From: Anaerolineales bacterium
Lineage (GTDB): Bacteria; Chloroflexota; Anaerolineae; Anaerolineales; UBA11579
Length of the DNA: 64,000 nucleotides
Reading direction: 5' to 3'
NCBI GenBank assembly: GCA_021463845.1
Contig: JAJTXV010000005.1
Coordinates: 67,718 to 131,717, forward strand
A program made the translations under genes and the position numbers. Positions 19,687 through 27,657 of the stretch are shown one piece after another; positions within the stretch are counted from its first letter, which is position 1, and every line of letters starts with the position of its first letter. The notes beneath the pieces were generated by a model that was not told the origin of the DNA, did no database searches, and saw only the letters and a program-made list of their open reading frames with translations.

Positions 19687-21306
19687 TTAGTCGATCAGGT
19701 GCACCCGGCCGCTGGCCTGTGCTTCGCCCTGCACCGCCTCGCCCAGGCGCACGCGCGGGGCATGCAGGCCAGGCACGGCCTCATCAAAATCGTTGAAGTG
19801 CAGCGCGGTGGGCAAGTCACCGCTCAATTCATAGAAACGAAATTCTGCGCCATTTGTAGCGCGCACAATATGCAGCGGCGGCACCCCAACGCTGGCCAGC
19901 GTGCGCTCCAGGAAGTCTTCGCGGCCGGTGATGGTATGGGTCAGGTCAACCTCGCGCATCTCGCCGCAGCTGGGGCAGTGTCCTGCTTCGAAGCTCACGT
20001 CTGACAGCGGCTTGAGCACATGCTCCACCGTGTTGCAGGCGGCGCAATTGAGCGCCAGCACCAGCTCCTGATCCAGCTCCAGCACCGTGTCCGCCCCCAG
20101 GTCGCCGCGGGCGATCTCAAGCAGCTCGGCCAGCGTGTTGGCCTCGGCGCGCAGCGGCAGCTCGGTCACATCGCCATAGATCCAGTGGCTCTCGCACTCC
20201 GCATCCGGCAGGTAGGCGGTGGTGTGCATGAAATTGGTGTAGCCGTTGTAGTGCAACACCTTGCCCGGCTCGACCGGCATGTTGTGGATCAGCTTGAGCG
20301 CCTCTTGCGATTGCATCGCGCCGATGATCGAAGCGATCGTCGGCGTGGTGGGCACCTTGCCCAGCAGAATATTCTGGCGCGCCAGCAGCGGGCAGGAGTA
20401 GCGCATGGCCAGGTCACGGCGGGCCTGCTCGGTCAGCGTGCATTCAAAGCACGCGCCTTCGCCAGGCACAAAGACGCGCGCCAGGCCGAGCAGTTCTTGA
20501 ATTGCGCCATCGACCCACGGCTTGTTCATCCAATGCGCAAAGCGGTTGACCGCCAAGCGCGCCTCGCGGTTGTCCAGACAGCCCACGATGACGTCCATGC
20601 GGCGGAACACGCCCAGGCCAATATCGGTGGTGACGTCGCCGTGCAGGTACTGCACGCGCACATCCGGGTTGATCTCCACTGCCCGCGCCGCGGCCAACTG
20701 GGCTTTCTCGCGGCCGCGATCTTTCTCGCGGAACAGAATCGAGCGGCTCAGGTTGGCCGCTTCCACTTTGTCAAAGTCCACAATGTACAGATTGCCGATG
20801 CCCATCAGGGTCAGATTCTTGATGACCTCGTTGCCCAGCGCCCCGGCTCCCACCACCATCACACGGGCGTTCTGCACCTTCTCGCGCTCCCACCAACTGA
20901 TGAACTCGAAGGTGCCCAAACGGTCAGACTTGAGGTTGGGGATGTGCAGCGGTTTCTCTTTGGCCACCGGCAGCCGCTTGGGGCCGTCGGCCGCTTTGCG
21001 CTTCTGCGCCCACTTGGCGGGCGCGGGCGGCGCAACCTCGGCCGCCAGTTGGCGCGCCTTGAGCATGCGCGCCGAGCTCAGCTCATTTACGAACCAGCCC
21101 ACGCCCTGCTGCGCATCCAGCAGCCCGGCTTCGGAAAGGATCTTGAGCGCCTCGCGCAGCGAGGAGCGCCCGACCCCCAGCTCCTTGATGAGGTCACGCT
21201 CAGCTGGCAGCTGGCTGCCGGCCGGGTATTGGCCCTGCAGCAGGCCGGAGGCCAGGCGGCCGGCGACAAGTTCGGGGACGGATTTGCGCGGGATGGAATT
21301 GGGCAT
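19687..21306 (-). CDS. GntR-type winged-HTH fused to ThiF/E1-like ubiquitin-activating (adenylating) enzyme
   Basis: The N-terminal segment LPAERDLIKELGVGRSSLREALKILSEAGLLDAQQGVGWFV is a GntR HTH. The E1 core includes VMVVGAGALGNEV, VDFDKVEAANLSRSILF and LDNREARL. There are CxxC pairs (CFEC, CAAC, CPSC), a candidate catalytic Cys in RYSCPLL, and a possible C-terminal UFD-like domain. Confidence 0.9.
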   Translation of the reverse strand: MPNSIPRKSVPELVAGRLASGLLQGQYPAGSQLPAERDLIKELGVGRSSLREALKILSEAGLLDAQQGVGWFVNELSSARMLKARQLAAEVAPPAPAKWAQKRKAADGPKRLPVAKEKPLHIPNLKSDRLGTFEFISWWEREKVQNARVMVVGAGALGNEVIKNLTLMGIGNLYIVDFDKVEAANLSRSILFREKDRGREKAQLAAARAVEINPDVRVQYLHGDVTTDIGLGVFRRMDVIVGCLDNREARLAVNRFAHWMNKPWVDGAIQELLGLARVFVPGEGACFECTLTEQARRDLAMRYSCPLLARQNILLGKVPTTPTIASIIGAMQSQEALKLIHNMPVEPGKVLHYNGYTNFMHTTAYLPDAECESHWIYGDVTELPLRAEANTLAELLEIARGDLGADTVLELDQELVLALNCAACNTVEHVLKPLSDVSFEAGHCPSCGEMREVDLTHTITGREDFLERTLASVGVPPLHIVRATNGAEFRFYELSGDLPTALHFNDFDEAVPGLHAPRVRLGEAVQGEAQASGRVHLID

Positions 21307-21334
21307 GGTGTGGGCGGCTCTTTATTGTGGTTTG

Positions 21335-21347
21335 TTGGTCAGACCAA
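21335..21347. promoter_or_regulatory. perfect palindrome TTGGTC-A-GACCAA, candidate GntR/FadR-type operator
   Basis: It lies 29-41 nt upstream of the E1-fusion start codon, in the divergent intergenic region. It matches the generic GntR operator form (GT-Nx-AC) and the TGGTC.GACC core known for FadR. Confidence 0.45.
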
Positions 21348-21460
21348 TATACCACGCCGCCCTATCAAGTCAATACAGCTTAGCTTTCAATTCTGTCAGC
21401 CACTAGGCTGAGAGGAATTGGCAGACCGCGAACGTTACGCTATTCACAAACGGAGGGACT

Positions 21461-22411
21461 ATGAAGATCGTTCTGGCAGGCGGCAGCGGACAGGTCGGCA
21501 CCTTGCTGGCCCGGCACTACCACGCCAAAGGCGACGAGGTGACGGTACTGACCCGCCGCCCCACCACGATGCCCTGGCGCACCGCACACTGGGACGCCGA
21601 GACCCTCGGTCCCTGGGCCCAGGAGCTGGAGGGCGCCGACGCAGTCTTCGGCCTGGCCGGCCGCAGCGTGAACTGCCGCTACACGCCCAAGAACAAACGC
21701 CTCATCATGGATTCGCGGGTAGATTCCACCAGCGTCCTCGGCCAGGCGATCGCGCAAGCCACCCGCGCGCCGCGCGTGTGGATCCAGGCGAGCACTGCCA
21801 CCATTTATGGCCACAGCTACAACCGTCCCAACAATGAAGACGGCGCCCTAGGCGGCGAGGAGCCGGACGCGCCGCATGCCTGGCGCTTCAGCATTGATGT
21901 CGCCAAAGCCTGGGAGCAGGCCGCCGACGCGGTCGAAACGCCGCGCACCCGCAAGGTCATCACGCGCACCGCCCTGACCCTCAGCCCGGACCGCGGCGGC
22001 ATCTTCGACACCCTGCTGAGCCTGGTGCGCCGCGGCCTGGGCGGCCGGGTGGCCAGCGGCCGCCAGATGGTCTCGTGGCTGCACGACGCTGACTACATCG
22101 CCGCGGTGGATTGGCTGATAGCCAACCAACACATGAGCGGCATCGTCAACCTGGCCGCGCCCAACCCGCTGCCGATGGACGATTTCATGCGCACCCTGCG
22201 CCGCGCCTGGGGCATGCCCATCGGCCTGCCCTCCACCCGCTGGATGCTGGAGATCGCATCATTCTTGATGCAAACAGAAACGGAGCTGATCCTCAAGAGC
22301 CGCTATGTGCTGCCCGGCCGCCTGCTGGCCGAAGGCTTTGAGTTCCAGTATCCGCTGTGGCCTATTGCGGCTGAGGACTTATGCACGCGCTGGCGAGCAA
22401 GGTCTATGTAA
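21461..22411 (+). CDS. SDR-fold epimerase family protein (YfcH/TIGR01777-like, DUF1731 C-terminus)
   Basis: MKIVLAGGSGQVGTLLARH is a Rossmann GxxGxxG motif. The protein is 316 aa, with a GGAGGG RBS upstream. Confidence 0.8.
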   Translation: MKIVLAGGSGQVGTLLARHYHAKGDEVTVLTRRPTTMPWRTAHWDAETLGPWAQELEGADAVFGLAGRSVNCRYTPKNKRLIMDSRVDSTSVLGQAIAQATRAPRVWIQASTATIYGHSYNRPNNEDGALGGEEPDAPHAWRFSIDVAKAWEQAADAVETPRTRKVITRTALTLSPDRGGIFDTLLSLVRRGLGGRVASGRQMVSWLHDADYIAAVDWLIANQHMSGIVNLAAPNPLPMDDFMRTLRRAWGMPIGLPSTRWMLEIASFLMQTETELILKSRYVLPGRLLAEGFEFQYPLWPIAAEDLCTRWRARSM

Positions 22412-22420
22412 CGCTCTAAA

Positions 22421-22498
22421 CCAGATTGCTTCGCTTCGCTCGCAATGACAAAATAGGATTGTGGAGTTTCGTTACTCGGCGCAGCCGAGTAGAAACTC
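22421..22498. repeat. family-B half-site (attgcttcgcttcgctcgcaatgac) followed by a family-C hairpin (gagtttcgttactcggc-gca-gccgagtagaaactc)
   Basis: The family-B sequence recurs in the opposite orientation at 36917 and 37081. Family-C hairpins recur at 33364, 51936 and 54194. Confidence 0.75.
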
Positions 22499-22526
22499 TA
22501 TAAGCACGCCCGTAGGGCGTGCGGAG

Positions 22527-22600
<74 letters not shown>

Positions 22601-22626
22601 GTATGCTTAATTATACAGGCGGGGGT

Positions 22627-23043
22627 TCATTCAGCCGGCAGCACCGGGCGGATGCCGCGGTACACCCGGGCGCCCGAAATCGTGCGCAGGATCGTCTGCG
22701 CCGGGCGGCCGAGCTGCTCGCCCAGCTCTTCGGAGCTGAGCGGCTGGTTGCCGTTCATCAGGAAGGCGCGGAAGATGCTTTCCACCAGGGATACGCCGTC
22801 CTCGTTGCCCTGGCGAGCGTAGTGGCCCATCAGCAAGAATTGCAGAATATTGACGCGCTTCACTTCAGCGGTGGCCGGGTCGACCCAGTCCACCTGCTCC
22901 TCGCCGCTGATGTCGGCCAGGCTGGCTTCCTGTTCGCTGCCCAGCAGGCCGCGCAGGTACACGCGCCACTCGCGGTCATTCTCGCGCCACCAGTCGAAAT
23001 CGATCTGGAACGGCGTATCGGCCATGGGTTTGATCAGGCTCAT
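22627..23043 (-). CDS. hypothetical protein (138 aa)
   Basis: Protein-like composition. It overlaps the upstream 521-aa gene by 4 nt. No motif recognised. Confidence 0.55.
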   Translation of the reverse strand: MSLIKPMADTPFQIDFDWWRENDREWRVYLRGLLGSEQEASLADISGEEQVDWVDPATAEVKRVNILQFLLMGHYARQGNEDGVSLVESIFRAFLMNGNQPLSSEELGEQLGRPAQTILRTISGARVYRGIRPVLPAE

Positions 23044-24605
23044 TCGGCTGCCTCCGCATTGCGGAAGTGCAGATGGCCCACGTGCTCAAAACGAGCGTCG
23101 CTGGCCAGCAGCGCCAGGATGCGGCCCGGCGGGCAGCGCAGGGTCAGGTTGACGGCCGAGTACACCTCGGCGGCGTGCACGTTGCCCTGCAGACTCAGCT
23201 TGGCCAGCTCCTTCAGCGTCTGGGCCACAACACTTTCCAGGCCGGCAGGCTGGTTGGCGCGCTTCTCCCAAATGGCGTCGATCGCGGCCATCTCGCCGGG
23301 CAGATGGATCATCATGCGCTCGTCAAACGCGCCGTTGACCTGCTGCTTCAGCGTAGCGTACACTACGCCGCCGTCCGCCCCCACCAGCGCCGTGCGCACC
23401 CACTCCTTGCTGGAGCGGTGCGCATCGCTCGAGACGATGATCTCGCCCGGCTGCTCGCCGCGGCGCAAGCGCACCAGGCTGCCCGGCATCAGACCGTGCT
23501 TGGCCAGCCACTCACGCAGGCCATAGATGTAACGCTGCGGGCGCACCACCCAACCGGGGAAGGTCTCGCCGCTCTTTTCGTCAATAAAGGTGAAGCGCAC
23601 GCGGGGCGACTCGATGGCGCTGGGGAACAGCTTGGCCATCTTGGGGGTCAGCGGCAGGCTGCCGACCCGCCAATGCGGGAATATGAGCGCCACATCCACC
23701 ACTTCGGGGGCATTGTCATCCAGCAAATTATGGAAGGACAGCTCATCGTCCAGGCTGCGCACCAGGTCGCGCATGTCTTCGCTCAGCGGGCTGGGGTCAA
23801 AGCCCACCGGCGTGTAGCGCAAATGCACGGGCACTTTCTGCACCGCATCCGGCTCCAGGCGGCGCAGGAACCAGGCCACTTCGCCGGTCGAGCCGACTTC
23901 GTCGAAGCGGTCGTCGTGCTGCAGGGCCAGGTCCAGCGAGAACTCGGCCAACTTGGGGTTGACCCCATCCGGCAGCTCGACCTCGCCCAGCAGTTGGCTG
24001 GTGGGCAGCGGGCCGCCGCCGGCCATATCCAGGATCGCCTCGGCCACATTGAGCTGGCCGGGGTCTACGTCAACAATGAGGGCTTTGGGGAACCAGCGGC
24101 CGGCAATGTACACAAACTCCGGGCTGGATTGCAGCGCTTCCACCAGCACCGGCAGGATCTCTTTGGCATGCTGCTTGCCCTCGGCCATCGCATCCACCTC
24201 GCCGCCCTCCTGCTTGGGCGGGTCGTTGAGGGCATGCTGTGCCAGGCGGGCGGCGAACTCCCGCGTGCTGCCGTCTTCCATCGCCACGCTGATGACCTCG
24301 AAGCGATCGCCGCTCAGCACAGCCGCCGGGCGCACGGCACTCACCCGCCCGCCGGCATTCTTGAGCGCGGGGAAGTAGACCTTATCGCCCGCGGCATAGG
24401 TTTCCTTGGGCAGGTAGGCCTTTTCGGCTTCGCCGTCTTTGGGCTGCGGGCGCGGGTTGGTGATGCGGTTGGCGATCAGCTGCACCGCCAGCGCCTCCGG
24501 CCCGAGGGGAGTCTCATGCTCCAGCAGGTATGCGGACAGAAACTCGAGATCTGCGTCTTCGATGGAGAAGTTTTGCCAGTCGATGGGGTCTGTGCTTACA
24601 AACAT
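23040..24605 (-). CDS. hypothetical protein (521 aa)
   Basis: Long ORF with balanced amino-acid composition. The antisense ORF (23067-24650) is Arg/Ala/Gly-biased. The C-terminal ~70 aa (...AEVYSAVNLTLRCPPGRILALLASDARFEHVGHLHF) loosely resemble a winged-helix (HARE-HTH-like) module; this is weak. Confidence 0.6.
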   Translation of the reverse strand: MFVSTDPIDWQNFSIEDADLEFLSAYLLEHETPLGPEALAVQLIANRITNPRPQPKDGEAEKAYLPKETYAAGDKVYFPALKNAGGRVSAVRPAAVLSGDRFEVISVAMEDGSTREFAARLAQHALNDPPKQEGGEVDAMAEGKQHAKEILPVLVEALQSSPEFVYIAGRWFPKALIVDVDPGQLNVAEAILDMAGGGPLPTSQLLGEVELPDGVNPKLAEFSLDLALQHDDRFDEVGSTGEVAWFLRRLEPDAVQKVPVHLRYTPVGFDPSPLSEDMRDLVRSLDDELSFHNLLDDNAPEVVDVALIFPHWRVGSLPLTPKMAKLFPSAIESPRVRFTFIDEKSGETFPGWVVRPQRYIYGLREWLAKHGLMPGSLVRLRRGEQPGEIIVSSDAHRSSKEWVRTALVGADGGVVYATLKQQVNGAFDERMMIHLPGEMAAIDAIWEKRANQPAGLESVVAQTLKELAKLSLQGNVHAAEVYSAVNLTLRCPPGRILALLASDARFEHVGHLHFRNAEAAE

Positions 24606-24670
24606 TGTGAAACAGCGGCGAGATTATACATCAAACAGAGTGAACAGTGAGGAGAAAGGCAAAAGCACGC

Positions 24671-24743
24671 GAGAAGTAAGAATGCAGAAGTCAGAACCAG
24701 CTCGCTTTACTTCTAACTTCTCACTTCTGCATTCTTACTTGGT
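24671..24743. repeat. family-F hairpin (aagtaagaatgcagaagt ... acttctgcattcttactt)
   Basis: 18-nt perfect arms at 24674-24691 and 24723-24740. A closely related sequence (attctgacttctgcattctcactt) lies at 33470-33497. Confidence 0.75.
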
Positions 24744-24762
24744 TTGCGGTTAAACTCATCCC

Positions 24763-24993
24763 ATGGCTAACACGCCCAACTTCGTCAAGCTCCTCACCCT
24801 GCACGACCCGGCCCAGGCCGAGGTGCTGCGCGGCCTGCTGGAGGCGCAGGGCATGCAGGTCCTGCTCTCCAAGGAAGCCATCGCCCAGGTGTACGGCACC
24901 TTCGTCGGCAGCATGGGCGAGATCGAGCTGTACGTCTCGGCGGCGGATGAGGCCGCGGCCAAGGGGCTGGTGGACGAGGTGATTGGTAAGTAG
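24763..24993 (+). CDS. small DUF2007-like putative signal-transducing protein
   Basis: 76 aa. LLTLHDPAQAEVLRGLLEAQGMQVLL...ELYVSAADEAAAKGLV matches the typical DUF2007 pattern. Confidence 0.65.
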   Translation: MANTPNFVKLLTLHDPAQAEVLRGLLEAQGMQVLLSKEAIAQVYGTFVGSMGEIELYVSAADEAAAKGLVDEVIGK

Positions 24994-24994
24994 G

Positions 24995-27655
24995 TTACGA
25001 AAACTTCAGAGGCTCCAGAGCCACCAAGTCTTCAAATTCATCCGGCTTTAGCTTGGTAAATTCCTCTTGCAAAATTTTGTGAAAGACCCACTGGGTTGCT
25101 GTTAACTTTGAGGCGTTTTCGCACCAAGCAATTGCGGCGCGATCTTTATGCTGCACGTCCAAATCTTCTCGCCCCTTGGTCTCAATTAGGTGATGGACTC
25201 CATCTTTCGTTACCGCAACAAAATCCGGATGATAAGCCCTTAGATTCGCTCGGCTATCAATGTACGGAATCGAAAAGTGCAAATAATCTTCCGAAAGCTT
25301 TGCAAAGCTAACCACTTCGCTCGCTCCTTCAAGAAATCGGCAAAAGTCATATTCGAATGTATTGCCAGCCGCGCATAAATTGAAGACTGTTTTATTGGCT
25401 TTAAGCGTGGACTTGCTCCAGGGAAAAGGCTCAGTAGAGGAAACAGGCAGACCGTCGTTCTCTAGCTGAGGCTCATTCTGCTGCACAACCCGTTCCCGGA
25501 GAACTTGCACAAATGCCTTTTCGGTAACAAACTCTGCCACGCCGCTGGAAATAGCCTGTATCATTTGAGGAGTATCGAGGTCAACTTTTTCGCCAAAAGC
25601 GTAGTCTTGGAGAAACTCGCGTATCTTCGGCACTAAGGCCGCAAACTGCGAAGGCAGCTTAAGTGTGGATGCAATCCGCTTGGCATAGTAGCCAATGACT
25701 TCCTGAGAGGTACCTACCTCCGGAATTTTGTATTCCCGTTCAATCATTTTTTGAAGAGTAATAATGTCATAGCCCTCGTAGCGGAATAATTTCGCCGCTT
25801 CATCATCCTGCTTCTTGGGCAAGGTAGGAACACTAATTTTGGAGACATCCAGGGCAGCAATCTCGTCAGTCAATGTAGTTTTGCGGGTCAAGATAGGCGA
25901 AATCACAGGGAGGACGATGTCTCTGTCTAGTTTTTTAGGGTCGGGATAAATACCCTCAATTTTGGGAGGCTCTTTGTCCAAATCAACGGTATCGAATTCA
26001 AGGCCCTCAATCTTTTCGAGGTCTTCGACGAACTTGATGAACTTGTCGTTGCCAATTACGTCCAACGTCTCCTGATAAGTGCTTTCCTCACCCACTCTGG
26101 CGCCGCGGAACATGAGGCGCAGCCCACGGCCGATTGCCTGCTCAGGCAAGATGTTCGCCTTCGACGTATAAGGTCGCAGCCCCACGACCACTGTTACGCT
26201 TTGTACATCCCAGCCTTCGCGCAGCATAAGTACGCTGACTACACAGTTGACCGGGCTTTTGGGATCATCAATTTCTTTCGCGATAAGGCGGGCTTCTTCT
26301 ACGTCTTTTTTTCTAACTTCGCCAGTAGTGTCGGTATGGATAACGCTCAACTTATCGCCGCCAAACTCATCGGGGTATTTGCTTCTTAGATAATCTCCCA
26401 CTTCGTCCGCATCAGCTACGCTGTTCATCATAATGAACAGCACAGGCTTGCGGCGGAAACCCATCAGCTTGTCGCGGTATTCCTGCCAGCGCTTAACGCC
26501 CGCGGTAAGGTACATCTGATACTTTTGGCTGGCTATGTCAGAACGGCGCTCTCGCAAACCCTTCGCGACTCCCTTGAACGGACGTTTGACAACGCGATCC
26601 ATAATAGCTTGCTTCAGCGGGTAGTCATAAACCGTCCATGGAAACAAGGCGCCTTTAGAAAACCGCGGAGTAGCAGACATGTCCAGTTGCACTACGCCGG
26701 GTTGCTTTTTGGCTTCCAGTCCTTCGTGCAGTCGCCGAATGGTGCGGCTCCATTCGCTATCTTCTTCATGTGTATGGTGAGCCTCATCATTGGCTACCAG
26801 CACTCTATTGCCACGTTCCAAAACACGCTCAAAAAACGGATCCGGCTCGTCCAAATTCGGCCGCGGTTTTGGGCCAAGCACACTTTGCAGCGCGTCCGGC
26901 TCCGCATCTGGCCTGCTACGAGCTTCATATAGCTGTTGAATATTGGTTACATACAGCGCCCCTTGCGAATGGGCGCGTTCAGGCTCACCACGCATGTAGC
27001 TCTGGTGATCCCAGTAGATTCGTAACTCCGGGGGGATTACCGGATCCTGGGTGAAAATCCGCCCTCCCTCGAAATCATTTTTAAGACGCTCAAAAACAAT
27101 GACGTTAGGCGCGATCAAGAGCGTGGTTGCGGCAAAGCGAGCCGGGTCTTCCACGGCGTTAAAGTACTGCCAAGCGATGGCCAGAGATATGACCTTGGTC
27201 TTGCCCGTCCCGGTCGCCAGCTTGAGGCAGTAGCGCGGGAATAAATCATATTGAAGCAATCTCAGGTCTTTTTGGGTGGAGTAGCTCTCAATCAATTCTT
27301 TGGAGCGGAACTTCCCAGCGACCTCATACAGGTAAACAATGGTTTCAATGGCCTCGCGTTGAAAGGGATGGTAGCTAAACCGTTGCCCATTCGGGAGAAA
27401 GTGGTCGTTGAAGAACCAGTGATTAAGCAGCTTTTCTGTTGTATCTGTAATGCCGGGATAATCTCGTTTGCGCCATTCCTGGACGGCCTCTTGAATTTTT
27501 GGTACGCACGGCGCAGTAGTCACCTCGGCAGTGAACATCTTGCCCTGTGCCGCGGCAGGCTTTGCCTTGCGTACAGCCTTCTTGCGCATCGGTGCCGCCT
27601 TGGGAATTGCACGCTTGGCTTTTGCTTTTGCCTGCTTTGCCTTCTTCTTCGCCAT
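24995..27655 (-). CDS. type III restriction enzyme Res subunit (SF2 helicase + PD-(D/E)xK nuclease)
   Basis: 886 aa. Walker A is LATGTGKTKV, DEAH box is VANDEAHH, and a helicase C motif is LREGWDVQSV. The C-terminal nuclease motif is YHPDFVAV...HLIETKGRED. The gene is AT-rich relative to its flanks and lies directly downstream of the methyltransferase gene. Confidence 0.85.
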   Translation of the reverse strand: MAKKKAKQAKAKAKRAIPKAAPMRKKAVRKAKPAAAQGKMFTAEVTTAPCVPKIQEAVQEWRKRDYPGITDTTEKLLNHWFFNDHFLPNGQRFSYHPFQREAIETIVYLYEVAGKFRSKELIESYSTQKDLRLLQYDLFPRYCLKLATGTGKTKVISLAIAWQYFNAVEDPARFAATTLLIAPNVIVFERLKNDFEGGRIFTQDPVIPPELRIYWDHQSYMRGEPERAHSQGALYVTNIQQLYEARSRPDAEPDALQSVLGPKPRPNLDEPDPFFERVLERGNRVLVANDEAHHTHEEDSEWSRTIRRLHEGLEAKKQPGVVQLDMSATPRFSKGALFPWTVYDYPLKQAIMDRVVKRPFKGVAKGLRERRSDIASQKYQMYLTAGVKRWQEYRDKLMGFRRKPVLFIMMNSVADADEVGDYLRSKYPDEFGGDKLSVIHTDTTGEVRKKDVEEARLIAKEIDDPKSPVNCVVSVLMLREGWDVQSVTVVVGLRPYTSKANILPEQAIGRGLRLMFRGARVGEESTYQETLDVIGNDKFIKFVEDLEKIEGLEFDTVDLDKEPPKIEGIYPDPKKLDRDIVLPVISPILTRKTTLTDEIAALDVSKISVPTLPKKQDDEAAKLFRYEGYDIITLQKMIEREYKIPEVGTSQEVIGYYAKRIASTLKLPSQFAALVPKIREFLQDYAFGEKVDLDTPQMIQAISSGVAEFVTEKAFVQVLRERVVQQNEPQLENDGLPVSSTEPFPWSKSTLKANKTVFNLCAAGNTFEYDFCRFLEGASEVVSFAKLSEDYLHFSIPYIDSRANLRAYHPDFVAVTKDGVHHLIETKGREDLDVQHKDRAAIAWCENASKLTATQWVFHKILQEEFTKLKPDEFEDLVALEPLKFS

Positions 27656-27657
27656 CC

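Noticed and set aside
14653-21306. Interpretation of the Ubl/E1 genes as a MoaD/ThiS-type sulfur-carrier pathway or as a CBASS (Cap2/Cap3), Bil or Bub anti-phage module
   Set aside because: A UBC E2 with HPN-Cys, a RING finger and a JAMM protease argue against a pure sulfur-transfer role, and no moaE, thiG or thiF partners are present. There is no CD-NTase or effector gene (so not CBASS), E1 and E2 are separate proteins (unlike Cap2), and the described Bil and Bub types have neither RING, FHA nor vWA. The possibility of a distant relationship remains open.
20020-21411. 463-aa and 294-aa plus-strand ORFs overlapping the E1 gene
   Set aside because: These are shadow ORFs: Arg/Gln/Ala/Gly-rich with no domain signature. 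The minus-strand frame carries GntR HTH and ThiF/E1 motifs. The same reasoning applies to 15804-16715, 17202-18074, 18005-18952, 7764-9170, 23067-24650, 29908-31188, 35634-36878 and 46221-47225.
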